From contig OZ024740.1 of NCBI GenBank assembly GCA_964016885.1, forward strand, positions 211,854,001-211,918,000: a stretch of DNA of 64,000 nucleotides, read 5' to 3'. This DNA is from Eledone cirrhosa. Lineage: Eukaryota. The notes below the pieces were generated by a model, which made no database searches, was not told the DNA's origin, and saw nothing but the letters and a program-made list of their open reading frames with translations. The translations under genes were made by a program, and so were the position numbers. Shown here one piece after another: positions 25,600-38,619 of this stretch; the stretch's first letter is position 1, and the number at the start of each line of letters is the position of its first letter.

Positions 25600-25790
25600 A
25601 ACTGCGGCTCCCAAGAAAAATCGAATCCTGAGACCCCATAAAGGGAGCAAACCGTAATAGTTGGAACCTGGAACATCACAACCTTTACACATAAGGAGCA
25701 GGAACTAGTGGATGAGGCTAGATGCTACCGGCTAGATATAGTAAGGGTTTCCTCAACAAAGTTCCGTGACTCTGACACTGTAGATTTCGA
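25600..25790 (+). mobile_element. N-terminal APE fragment of an RTE-like LINE
   Basis: Manual translation VIVGTWNITT...ELVDEA...LDIVRVSSTK. Confidence 0.55.
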
Positions 25791-25999
25791 TGAAACACTC
25801 TAAGTCCAGAGCTCATTACCATCCCCGCCTCTCACTTTCTTCTACGGCCTTAGTGTCCTTGCTTCCCCCCTCCTTTTCCTCTGATGTATGGCTTTCATAG
25901 TCCTTTCCTCTATTTTCCCATAGAGCCAGATGTGCCCTTCCTTACCCCTAACAGAAAGGTATACCGTCTATTTGATCGTAAGTTTAAAAAGTTAGATCG

Positions 26000-28760
26000 A
26001 TATAATGTATGACAGTTTAATCTTTGTTGACAGAACCATACAATTACAACTAAAACGACATGCTGTTTTGTTGATGTGATTACAGTATGTAATGGAGATT
26101 AGAAATAGTTAAATTTATCATTTTTTTGTTGGTAATTCTCTTCGTTATAGAATAGCCAATGGTCGATTTGGTTTACCTTCAATAACATAGGTCGGGTCCA
26201 AAGCTTCAAGTATCTCTAAATTTGTAAACATATCACATGATATGAAGTATTGCATCATTTGTTTGAAAGGCACACATACAAACTCAATATTTTTACTTGA
26301 ACTTCTTGTAACTCCTTTTGTGAAATGGTGGTAGAGTTTTCTCTGAAAATACTTTCTGCAATGGCATCATGATAGATGTTTTCTATTTTAAGGTATGTAG
26401 AAGGATCGTTGACATTTACTTTACTGACATTAGTTTCAATAACTCTCTTTTGATGAAGTTACTGAAAATAGCTTTCATTTCGGTGTTAATAGACTTTTGT
26501 AATTTATGAATTCTATGTTTCTGCCTAAAACTCCAAATTGAGCTTATCAATGTCCGGTAACATATTAGCCAGAAAAGCAAAATACAGTTTTGTCATGGGG
26601 CTTTATAATTCCATTGGTATTTTGGAAGTCATCATGCAGATACCATCTTCTAATGCTGCCATTGCGGAATATAACAAAAGATCTGGCCACTGTTCCAAAA
26701 TTCAAAGAAAGCCATCTTGTGCAGTTAATATGAAATATTTTGCGAGGACTGATATTTGTAATTTTTCAAAATTCCTTATTTTAACTTTATCATAGCTATG
26801 ATTAGCTTTCTATTTAAGACAGACACCATAGCTTGAAGTCCACTAACTCATTTTTTATTTTCTTTGTTTTCTTTCGTGCTGTTTGTTTTATCATACAAAC
26901 ATTATACCAGCAGAAAGATTTATTTTTTATTTGCACGATCCAACATTTTAAAATGGTACTCTGAATTAAGTCGCGCAAAACCATTTTGATGGTTTGAGAG
27001 CTGATGAAGGTGAAGATATGTGTGTGTGAACTTGACTCGTACATTGCCTTTCTTTATTTCTTTCTTCCAGTCACATTTGTGCGCCAACACACTTCTCCTT
27101 TTCCTCTTCCTTTTTCAATCTTTTCTATATTTCATCTGGCTGTCACGCGCCTTGTGTACTGTCTCTCTGTTGACCACTGGTCGCTGGTCTCTGTCCTGTC
27201 ATGCATTTTCCCCCAAAGCTGTCTGATAGCATTCAGTTGTTTTGACGGCTGTTCTATATGTTCTATATGTATTCAAATACACTCTTGCTTCATCTCAATC
27301 AGATACAACGTAGTTTTAAAATTCGTTATATTTAGCTGGGCACTTTGGATTGTCACTCAGGTACAAAAAAATATTTCTTGCTAATTCATCTAAAAAATAA
27401 GGTTTTAGAAGCGCACGGATGTAAGGAGTGGCAAACACAAGGGTGTTTAAATTTATTCGGATTTTTCTGCTTCAATATACCAGGTGGGTCAGAAAAGTTC
27501 CAGGACTGATGTCACAAAAGATTTATTTCAAACCCAAACTTCACACTAAGAGTTTTCTCCTTCAAAGTAATCCCCCTGGAGTATGTAACTGTAATCTTAG
27601 CTCTCTGCAGCGATCAAACTTTTTTCTACATAATTTTATATACATGTCCTCTGTTTCAGGTCGTCAAGCAATGAGCACAGAGCAACGAACAAACTTGAAA
27701 ACTCCGTCAAAAGCACTGGGATTGCTGCAGCAAGTGTATGGAGATGAGAGGATATCATGCTCACGTGTTTTTGAGTGGTGTAAGAGGTTTAAAGAAGGAC
27801 GCGAGGACGTGGAAGATGACACCAGGAGCGGAAGGCCCTCAACAACCAGGACTGAAGTCAACGTTGAGCGCGTCAGGCAGATGGTGCGTAGCGATCGTCG
27901 GCTGACTGTTCGACTGATGGCAAATGAGCTGGGCATGATTGGCATAGCGTCTGGAAGATTCTCACTGAAGATTTGGACATGCGGAAAGTCTGCGCGAAGA
28001 TGGGGCCAAGACTGCTGAACGAAGGCCAGAAGGGTCGACACATGCAAGTGTGCCAGGACATCCTCGAGCATCTTGAAATCGAACCAGACTTGCTAGGGAC
28101 AGTCATCACCGGTGATGAGTCATGGATCTTCGAGTACAACCCGGAGGGGACCCGTTTTGAAGACGTGGACGACATCAAAAAGGCCGTGACGACGGAACTG
28201 CGGAGATTCCGGAAGAATCCTTCCAGGAGTGCATGCAAGCGTGGCAGAAAAGGATGGAAAGTTGCATTAGATTCCAGGGTGATTACTTTGAAGGAGAAAA
28301 CTCTTAGTGTGAAGTTTGGGTTTGAAATAAATCTTTTGTGACCACAGTCCTGGAACTTTTCTGACACACCTCGTATGTTGAACCCCCTCCCTCGATTCCC
28401 ACCATAACACTGGTATTACCACTGGCAAACCCAATTAAGTTTTTAAGAGAGATATTATTTTCAATGAAAATTAATTGTAGACAATTGTAAATGCCAAATG
28501 AACCGCAGTCTTTAATTTCCAGAAGTGTCAAAAATTGTTCAGTTTTTTGCATTTCAGAGTTGTAATATCTCACTACTAGAACAAGTTTCTTGTTGGTAGA
28601 AATGTCCGTTGTTTCATCTACAATAAAGGAGAACTCTGCTGAATTTAGCTTAGACATTAAATCATTGAAAGCATGGGGACCAATCACATTTGAAAAAAAA
28701 TGCAAGTTCCTTTAGTTTTTGCGCACTTGGTGTCTTTGATGATTTTTGAATCAGAGCACA
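26000..28760 (-). pseudogene. Decayed hAT-superfamily transposase interrupted by insertions
   Basis: FSFIVDETTDISTNKKLVLVVRY and LIGFASGNTSVMVG (28304..28705). CVCHSL (CxxH) at ~27430. ILEQWPDL at ~26690. Confidence 0.7.
27480..28373 (+). mobile_element. Internally deleted mariner (Tc1/mariner) element with ~100-bp TIRs and TA TSD
   Basis: TIRs 27480-27580 and 28275-28373 with TA both sides. VFEWCKRFKEGREDVEDD, RSGRPST, ITGDESWIFEY; second and third catalytic Asp regions deleted. Confidence 0.92.
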
Positions 28761-29299
28761 CATTTGTAATGCATGCATGGTCCCGTAACTCCCGGAGAAG
28801 TCGTAGAAGCGCAGTATTGTCATATGATGTTTCTATGGCATTTTAAAATCTGGTGGAGTCCAATCCTCTCCAGGTCTGAATACAGCAGATTTCTTCCAGA
28901 GAAGAATTTGAGAGTGACAAAATGGAAGTGAGAAAGATATATAGAGGCAGAATCGACCCCAGTACTTGACTGGTACCTTTTTATCGACTTCAAATGGATA
29001 AAAGACTAAATTGACCGTATCGGAATTTGAACACAGAGAACAAGAAACATTTCTAATATAAATCCCAACGTATGGCAGCAGACGCACAACGACAAAGAGA
29101 GATGAGAACAAATCAATCAAACAGTAATCGCTTTACAATATCCCAACCAATTTCTACAAATGTAATTCAGTTAACACACCAACAACAACTTGCAATAAAT
29201 ACACCAAACGTTCAGAGAGGAAGGAACAGGTCAATTGAAGGTCTGGCAAATAATCCTACAGATGAACCTTTCCAAGAGCAAACTGTTCTTTCCATAATG

Positions 29300-32200
29300 C
29301 CACAACATAATGCAGGGAGTCCCTTTGCCTCTGTTTGTCCGCACTGCACAGCTTATCGCTGGCCACATGAACCCAAACCTTTGTGATGCTTCCAGGGAAA
29401 AGTAAAACTCCCTCAACTTCCTCCTCCTCCACCAAATATACTGAAATATTTCGATATCACTCAAGCAGGAAATTCTGTACTCCATAAGATACGTGCATAT
29501 AACAATGTGCTTGCCAAGAGATTAGATTTAGTCCCACATTTAAGATACAAGGTAAGGTTTGTCATATTATTGGATCACTACTTCCAAGTGATGCTTCACT
29601 CAAGTTTGCGCAGCTTTACTTCTATGATACAGATCATGAGTTTCAGAATCGCTTGCATCATGCTAATTTAGATGCTGCTGTCCTGCAGGACCTGCAAGAA
29701 GACTTGCACTACTGCAACACCTATATAAGAAGCTTCAAGGCAGTCATTGAAATGCCAGTCTCTGAAAATGTGAATATTGTCCTACATGCTGACAAAGTAA
29801 AACCCACTGATTTTCATTGTCGCACATATAATCTTCCCATGGCTTCTGAGATTGCTGTTATTCAACCTCATACAGCATTAGATCTCTTGGATGTCATCAT
29901 TCATAAAAGAGATGGTGGTCTTCAGAGGATTCATCAGATTCGCCGTTCTTATGATCCTCTGCATTATGTGCTACTGTTTTCTTGGGGGAATGATGGGTTT
30001 CAGATTGGTTTGAAAAGGACTGACAACAACCACACACTCACAGCCACTGATTTCTACTATTATCGGTTTCAGGTTAGGCAAGGTGACTGTAACATTATCA
30101 TGAAGAGCAGGCGGCTGATGCAGCAATATGCTGTAGATGCCCAGGAAAAAATACAACATTGTCGCCTCAAATGGGCCCACAACAATCAAACCACGATGCG
30201 AGCTGAAAAGTATGAGGGTTTGTATGATGCTGTGGCTGAAGGAGATTTATTAAATGCAGGTCGGAGAATTGCTCTTCCTCCTTCAATCTATGGTTCCCCT
30301 CGCTTCTACAGTGAGTGCTTTCAGAATTCGATGATGTGGTTCGACACATGGGAAAGCCATCTTATTTCATCACGGTAACAACTAACCCTAACTGGGATGA
30401 AATAAAAAATTAGTTTGGACCCTGGTGAAGAACCTAGGAACCGTCCCGATATTTGTGCAAGAGTCTCAAAGATCAAGTATGACAGCCTCATGACATACTG
30501 AAAACAAATGTCCCAGGAAAAGTTGTGGCTCATTCTGCTACAATAGAGTGGCAGAAAAAGAGGCCTCACTCATGTTCATATTCTGCTGATAATAGCTGAA
30601 GTTAGCAAGCCCAAAACTGCAGATGCCATTGATCAGGTAGTCTACTGTGAGATTCCTAATAAAGAGACCAATCCAATTGTGCATAACATCATCATATCCT
30701 GCAACATTCATGGTTCATGTGGACAAGCTAGTATATGCTCATGTATGGAAGGGCTAGGACAACGCCATTGCTCAAAAGGTTATCCTAAGGCATTCAGATA
30801 AATCGCATTTGTTGCCGAAAATTCCTTTCCGGAGTATAGAAGGGATAGACAGCATGGTGGTCACACCCATACAATCCAACTTAAAGGTCAAGAATTTACT
30901 GTTGATAATCGTTGGATTGTTCCATACAACCCTTTCCTCTCATTGAGATATCAGTGCCACATCAATTGTGAGGTTGTCCACAGTGTCAAGGCTGTTAAGT
31001 ACTTATATAAGTACATCACGAAAGGATCAGACAAGATCACTTTCACTATTAAGGATGATCAAGGAAATTGTGTTCATGCCCAAAATGAGATTGAGACCTA
31101 TATCAATGCACGGTACATCTCAGCCAGTGAAGCATTCTGGAGAATCTATAAATTTCCGTTACATCATCGGAAACCGCCATTTGAAAAGTTGCCTTGCCAT
31201 TTACCTGGGGAACAAATGGTCGTGTATGAGCGAGGGCAGGGCAGGAAGAAAATGGTGTTTCTAGGGGACAGCCAATGACTAAGTTGACGAAATATTTTCA
31301 ACTTAATATTAGAGACCCACTGGCACAAAACATATTGTATATTGATACTTAATATTTCATTTGTATCCTAAATATTTCACTTGGACAAGAAGAAAAGTGG
31401 CAAAGATGAAAAAAGGGACATCTGGATAGTGATCAATAATTTATGAGTTAATCTCTTGGACGCATTTCAACAGTATCTCTCACTAGACATCAATCTGAAT
31501 TATATTACCTCAGGATGATCCTACATCACAAGGCTGGGTCAACTTCATACAAAGATTTGAGGACAATTGAAGGAGTTGAATTTCCAACATTCCAAGAAGC
31601 ACGTAGGAAACTTGGTCTTTTGGATGAAGATGGAGAAAAAGACAAAGCTATGGAAGAGGCCTCATCCATTACGCTTGGTCCTCAGCTACGAGAGATCTTC
31701 TGTACCATTTTATTGTACTGCATGCCAAATGACCCTCTGCAGTTCTGGGAGAAATGGAAGAATTGTCTTTCAGAGGACATCATGCATGAACGTCATGAGC
31801 AAGTCATGTCCATGCAAACCGTGCATATTGTTCTACAGAAGATTCAACAAAGACTTCAGCATGATGGCTTGGACATTCATGTCAACTATGGACTTCCTCG
31901 GTCAGACCCAACTATTGTTGCCATACCAGAAATCAACAGGGTTCTTATGGCAGAAACTGATTTCAATACACACCAACTGCAAGCAAACATAATTGAATCC
32001 TGAGCAACTGGTTATATTTCACAAAGTAATCCCCTCTGTAAATGAAAATTAAGGTAGAATTTTCTGCTTGAATGCAAGTGCATGCACAGGAAATACCTAT
32101 GTCAGCAACATCATATTGGATCTAAAAAGAATCCAATCTAATCTAAATCCAATCCAATCTAAAAAGAAATTCCACTTGCCATATATGGAATAGCAACCAC

Positions 32201-33200
32201 AAAGTGCAAGATTCCTCTCAATGTGACTGCTGAATCAACTTGCTTCTTCACAAAGAGGGATGGCACAGGTAAACTTATGCAGCAATCTGACCTGCTAATC
32301 ATTGATGGGATAAGTATGGGACATAAGCATATCTTTGAATGCGTTGACAGGAGCTTCAAAGATGTTCCCGATTGCAAAAAGCTATTTGGTGGTCTAACTG
32401 TATTATTATCTGGTGACTGGAATCAAATTCTTCCAGTTGTACGTCATGGTGTTAGACCACAAATAGTTGAGGCAACCATCAAGAGATATTATCTCTTGGA
32501 CTATGTGGAAACTATAGAGATGACAACCAATCAACGGTTACTTAATGTAGAGGACTCTGGTGGAAGACAGTTTGCAAGCTAACTTCTTGATGTGGGAAAT
32601 GGTAACATTCTAACTGTTCCAACTGTAGATGCATTCACAATTCTTCTGCCAAATGAACTTCGTCTGCAATATAGTAATGTGTCTGAACTGTGTGATTTTG
32701 TGTATACAAATCTTCCAGGAAACTACACAAACCCACTATGGCTTTCAATTATCACTCCAACAAACTTACATACTTAAACTGAAGAAAGGCAGTTGCATCA
32801 CGCTTCTGAGAAATCTGGATCCTCTAAACGGGCATTGCAATGGTACACGCTACACCATCATCAGTTTACATAATCATGTAATTGAAGTTGAAGTGGCATT
32901 GGGTCCAAATGTTGGAACAAGGTTGCTAATCCCAAGGATACCACATGTGTCTCAAGAGCTTGAGTTCACTTTCACCTTTACTCGCAAGCAATTTCCTGTC
33001 AAACCAGCCTTTGCCCTTACATGCAACAATGCACAAGGGCAACACAATTTTTCTCACATGGTCAGATGTATGTTGCATTATCACGAGTTACAAAAAAAAG
33101 AAAATATAAAAATATTAAATGAAGGGGTCTCTTTGCCGACAACTGTGTCTACAAAGAAATTCTACAATGATGTGAAACAGCTATCACTCTCTTTTAGTTG
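29300..33200 (+). pseudogene. Helitron Rep/PIF1-helicase pseudogene
   Basis: SYDPLHYVLLF, LPPSIYGSPR, HUH motif (EWQK-RGLTHVHIL ~30545), KYLYKYITKG, YISASEAFWRI, LLSGDWNQILPVV, CNGTRY, RKQFPVKPAFALT. Confidence 0.92.
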
Positions 33201-33204
33201 AAAT

Positions 33205-33800
33205 GCCACCAAAGCACATTCCACACTGTGACTCCACCAAAGCACACTGTGACACAACTAAAAGACAGTGACGCCACTAAAAACACAGCGACACACTAAA
33301 ACACACTGTGACACCACTAAAACATATTGTAACACCACTAAAATACATTGTATCATCACCAAAGCACACTGTAACACCACTAAAACACACTGTAACACTA
33401 CCAGAGCACACTGTGGCTCCACTAAAACACACTGTGACACCACTAAAACACTGTGACACCACTAAAACACACTGTAACACTACCAAAGCACACTGTAACA
33501 CCACTAAAACATATTGTAACACCACCAAAACACATTGTATCACCACCAAAGCACACTCCACACTGTGACACCACCAAAACACATTCCACACTGTGACACC
33601 ACCAAAACACACTGTAACACCACCCAAGTACACTGTGACACCACCCAAGTATACTGTGAAACCACCAAAGCACACTCCACGCTATGACATCACCAAAGCA
33701 CATTCCACACTGTGACACCACCAAAACACACTGTAACACCACCAAAGCACATTGTGACACTACCAAAGCACACTGTGACACTACCAAAGCATACTACATG
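33205..33800. repeat. ~21-bp minisatellite (CACTGTRACACCACYAAAACA)
   Basis: Directly visible, immediately 3' of the Helitron ORF. Confidence 0.9.
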
Positions 33801-34020
33801 CCGTGATACAACCACCTAAGCTGAACTGATACAGCTGTTTTTCAAGAATTCATCTCAATCTATCTATATATATCAGTGGCGAAGGGTAACCTGGAAAGCA
33901 GGGCATGCAGTCCAATCGCCATGGTGGAAAGTGAGGCTGTGCAACCTTACCCCCCCCCCCCCAAAAAAAAATCCCTATAAATGCCCCTCCCGGTCAAAGC
34001 AGCATGTAGTGTTGTGTTAT

Positions 34021-34098
<78 letters not shown>

Positions 34099-34759
34099 CT
34101 TTTTATGTGTCTACGATTTAGTAAGCAGCCAACATTCTGCTTGCTTCAACCGACGCAATTGATCAACTCAAGATTCTATAACGCATGCATTGCATGCGTT
34201 GCATGCATCCTTCGCCCCTGGTATATAGATGTCCTTGCGGAAACTATTCAAATAAAACTCCACTGGGCGATTTTGAGTGGATAGTGTGTTATTATTGACA
34301 ACCAGGATAGCACAAATGGTTCGCTACCGATTTGAAATACTGCACAGAAGAGTTGTTATTGATGTCAAGTGAGATCTGATGGGCGGCAAATATATTTAAT
34401 TGATAGCTGCTTGACGTAAAAATAGTTATAGTTGATGAGTGGTAAATTTTTAAATAGTGATTTTAGAATCTCAATTAAGCCAAATTCACAAAGAAAGTAC
34501 ACTCTATAAAACGTGCCATAAAATTTGGACATGGTACCAAACGTACAAAAAAGTCAAATTAAGGGCAAATAGTACGAAATTTGTACGAACGTAGCAACTT
34601 CAGCTGGTGCCAAGTTGTATTGGCCTTTGCCAAATCTGGGACATAGAAATGGCGATTAGCAGACATGGTCGACAGCAGGTTTTCCACAAAACAACCTACC
34701 TAGGAATGTTCTTCATACTTAGTCATGACTTGTTAATTTTCAAACCATTATTTCTTTGG

Positions 34760-34945
34760 TGGATTGGCAGTATCGGTAGAGGGTCGGACGCCATGCTTTG
34801 ACGCATAGAGTTACGGTCCTTGCCATTCTGAGTTCAAATCCCGCCGAGGCTAACTTTGCCTTTCATCCTTACGGGGTCGATAAAATAAAGTACCAGTAAT
34901 GCGCTGGGTAATTGCTGGCCTTGTGCCAAAAAGTAGAAACAATCA
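34760..34945 (+). mobile_element. tRNA-derived SINE copy
   Basis: Same family as 3300-3478. Confidence 0.8.
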
Positions 34946-35479
34946 TTTCTTTAGATATTATCAAAATAATGTGCAATTTTCGTCTTATCAGATGCTAGAC
35001 AAATACAAATGTTGCAACATTGTTTAATATGGCGATGGAAGCTTCGATTGCATATATGAGTCTTTCATTTAATTTCATATAAGAATGGTATTTTCCAGAG
35101 TCTAAATCTAAGGGAATATCTAAGAAATTGTCTATTTTAATGTTAGTGTTATCATATTAAATCCTGAGACTGTGATCTGTAATTTGTCTCTTGCAATAAC
35201 ATTTAAATAATAGAAAAGTAATAATCAATTACAATAAGCTGTTTGGAGGTTTTTTGTTTGTTATTCATAGTATTGGACGAGGTTATAACTGAGGCACAGC
35301 TCTTCAAAAAGAGTAGAATTGAAACTCTTAATTTTGAATATATTTTCTTAATTTTTCAATATTCTTATTTCCGTTTTAGTTAGGTTAATTAATCACGAGG
35401 AAATGTTTCGCCTTAAAATGGTCCATAAAAGTAAAACAGGTCAAGTACCATCCAGGAGTGAACCAATAATATTCTGACG

Positions 35480-37703
35480 AACGGGCTTGATTTGAGAAAG
35501 GAGGGAAAAGCCATTGTGCCTCACTGGACAGCTACCACCCACTTCAAGCTGGGCAGCCCACAGCCAGTTATATTCTGTCCCGTCACAACCCAAGTGCTCC
35601 AATGGGCGCGTGGGGCTTGGGGATATTAATGTACTCAATCGTGCGCTGTAAACCCTGCACCAAGAAAATCAATGAAGAAGCAAACAAGCAATGTAAGAAA
35701 CCGGCATTCAGACTTGTATGTAGCAACATAGAGACCATGACTACTGGTCTGTCAGATGATCGTCAAAAGATCAGCGGCACCAGAAATACTGCAGTTATCA
35801 ACAACGAACTGCTATGACTTTAAGGGAACATTGCAGCACTCCAGGAGACGTGGTTCCCAGATTTGGGGACCCTTCGTGAGAGAGAATATATCTTTTTGGG
35901 GTAGGAGAAAGGCATAAATGAAGCCAGAGAGCATGGTGTCGGCTTTGTGGTGAGGAACACACTATTGAATATGGTGGAACTAGGAAGCGACGGACCGAAG
36001 CAGATCCTCACACTCCAATTGCACACTTCAGATGGGCCTGTCAACCTTGTCAGTGCTTATGCATCAACCCTCTATTCTGTCACACAAGATGACAAGGATA
36101 AGTTTTACCATCAGCTCTCAAGAAAAATACAGGCCATGCCAAATGGAGAGATTCTGGTGCTACTTGGCTACTTCAATGCCAGAGTGGGAACCGACCACGA
36201 CTCCTGTACAGGATGTCTGGGACGGCACGAGGTAGGTGACATGAATTACAACAGGCAACGACTGCTTGAGCTCTGTATGTTCCATGGACTATGTGTCATC
36301 AACACCTACTTCCAGGCCAAAGCTCAACACTGGCATCATCCTCGCTCAGGACACTGACATTAGCTAGATCTGCTCCTCACAAGACACAACTACCTGAGAA
36401 AAAGTGCTCCTGATCGATCCTTTCAGAGCGCTGACTGTAACACAGATCCCTTCTTTGTTTGCTGCAATGTCAAACTCCAACCAAAAATAATGCACTACGC
36501 CAAGCCTTTGGGTGGGCAGCGTCTCAACGCTACTGTGACCCAGCAGTAAGACAAAGTAGCTGCATCCCGCAAGTCACTGGAAGACGCCCTCCCTGCAAAT
36601 CCACCAGAAGGTGATGTTCAGCAAAGATGGGACTCTCTCAGAGGCAACATCCATGACACTGTATTGAAGACCTTCGGGAAGAAGCGAAGAATGTCATATG
36701 ACTGGTTTGATGCGAGTGCGGATGAGTTCAATCCGACCATGGAGGAGAAGCGTACTGCCCTGTTGAAGCACAAACAACAACATACCAGGACAACATTACA
36801 AGTATTGAGATCAGCTAGGAACAAGTCACAAAAGATTGCGATACTCTGTGCAAACAACTACTGGTTACAGTCATTTGACACAGGTAACATACGGGGAATG
36901 TATGAGGGCATCAAGAAAGCCATCGGTCGAACCCAGAGTAAGACAGCTCTACTCAAATCCAGAACAGGCGAGGTTATCAAAGGCAAAAGTGAGCAGTTGG
37001 AGAGATGGGCGGAACATTAATCCTAACTCTACGACAAGGAAAACTATCTCCGACAACTTGCTAGACACCGTGGAACACCTACCCGTCATGGAGGAGCTAG
37101 ATGCATTGCCGACTGCTGAAGAACTATGCAGAACCATTGATGGCTTACCAGCTGTGAAGGCACCAGGATCTGACGGCATCCACCAGAGGTCATCAGGTGT
37201 GCAAAGCGGGTTCTACTTAGTTACTTGTTGAAACTACTGTGTCAGTGCTGGGACAAAGCAACAGTCCAGCAGGACATGAGAGACTTCAAAATTGAGAACA
37301 AAGGGCACAGAAGCTACTGCAATAGCTATCGAGGCATTTCGCTGCTAAGTATTGTGGGGAAGGTCGTTGCCCTCGTGGTCTTGAACAGACAACAGAAAAT
37401 CACTGAGAGAGTGAGTATACTCCGAATCCTAGTGTGGTCAGAACGCTCCACCATCGACATGACCTTCCCCCTTCCGACAGCTACAGGAGACGTGCCGAGA
37501 GCAAAGATAACCATTCTACATCACCTTCATCGACCTCACGAAGACATTCGATCTAGTTAGTAGAGACGGCCTGTTCAAAATCCTTGCCAGGATTGATTGT
37601 CCTCCAAGACTTCGTAGGATAGTCCAATCGTTTCATGCAGATATGAAAGGTGTCGTTCAATTTGATGGCTCTTCTTCGGAGACATTTAACATATGCAGCG
37701 GTG
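35480..37703 (+). mobile_element. Degenerate RTE(BovB-like) LINE: APE + N-terminal RT
   Basis: IAALQET, HGVGF, LVSAYAST, GYFNARVG, WHHPRSGH, KAPGSDGI, YRGISLLSIVGK. Confidence 0.88.
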
Positions 37704-38209
37704 AGAGCTCAGACAAATGAGGTTGAAATAAAACCCATCGATGAAGAGAGATCAACCAAGAAATTAACAAAACAAAACTCAAGGCTCCAACCTAGAATAG
37801 ATCTCTAAACTATGGATAGAGGATTGCAACAAGGAGGAACTGAAATCCTTTCAACGTTGGGAAAAAAGCACCACTTGGGTTTTAAACTATGGAACGATCT
37901 TTCAAACAGAATACGCTTCCAACAACCCGTTCATAAAAACAAGAAAATCTCAACAACCAACAAAAAAATCACAACCTCCTCCCTTACCAAAAAAGAAGGC
38001 AACACCTAGCTCTTACCTCGTAACCCAACCGCGCAGCAACTATGCGGACACTCCTGCAACCCACAAAAGGAAATAAGAAAAAATCACCTCCAGGATGGAC
38101 ATTACAACTTCCTTCCCACTAGGAGATACCAAGGAAACCTCCATTCTTGCAACCCCACCAACCACCATACGCAACAAACCCAAACCACTCGATATATTCA
38201 GCAAATATC

Positions 38210-38610
38210 CTCTGGCAAGAAAGTATGGAAAGACTTAATGAATTTAAAACACTTCTAAATGGACTCAACACAAACATTCAATTTACAATGGAATACAACC
38301 ATGAGCAGCTTCCTTTCCTCGATATCCTTATAAAGAAAACTAACAACAAAATAGAAACAGACATACACTATAAGCCCACAGACTCCAAACAGTGTCTTCC
38401 ATTCAATCATGCCACCCGAGACACACTAAAATGAACATTCCTTACAACCTAGCCAAAAGGATCTGTACAATAGTATCTGATAGAAACATCCGCCACATAC
38501 GACTAGAAGAATTAAAGGACACACTCATTATCAGGAATTACCCACTATCTCTAATTAACAATGGATTCCAACGTGCCCTAAAACTCAACATCCAGGAACT
38601 TAGACACCCC
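38210..38610 (+). mobile_element. PLE RT C-terminal/thumb fragment
   Basis: NIQFTME, LPFLDILI, HYKPTD, NIPYNLAKRICTI. Confidence 0.8.
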
Positions 38611-38619
38611 AAATGCGGT

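Noticed and set aside
26810-27290. Non-coding interruption in the hAT fossil as a distinct MITE
   Set aside because: No clear TIR or TSD could be read
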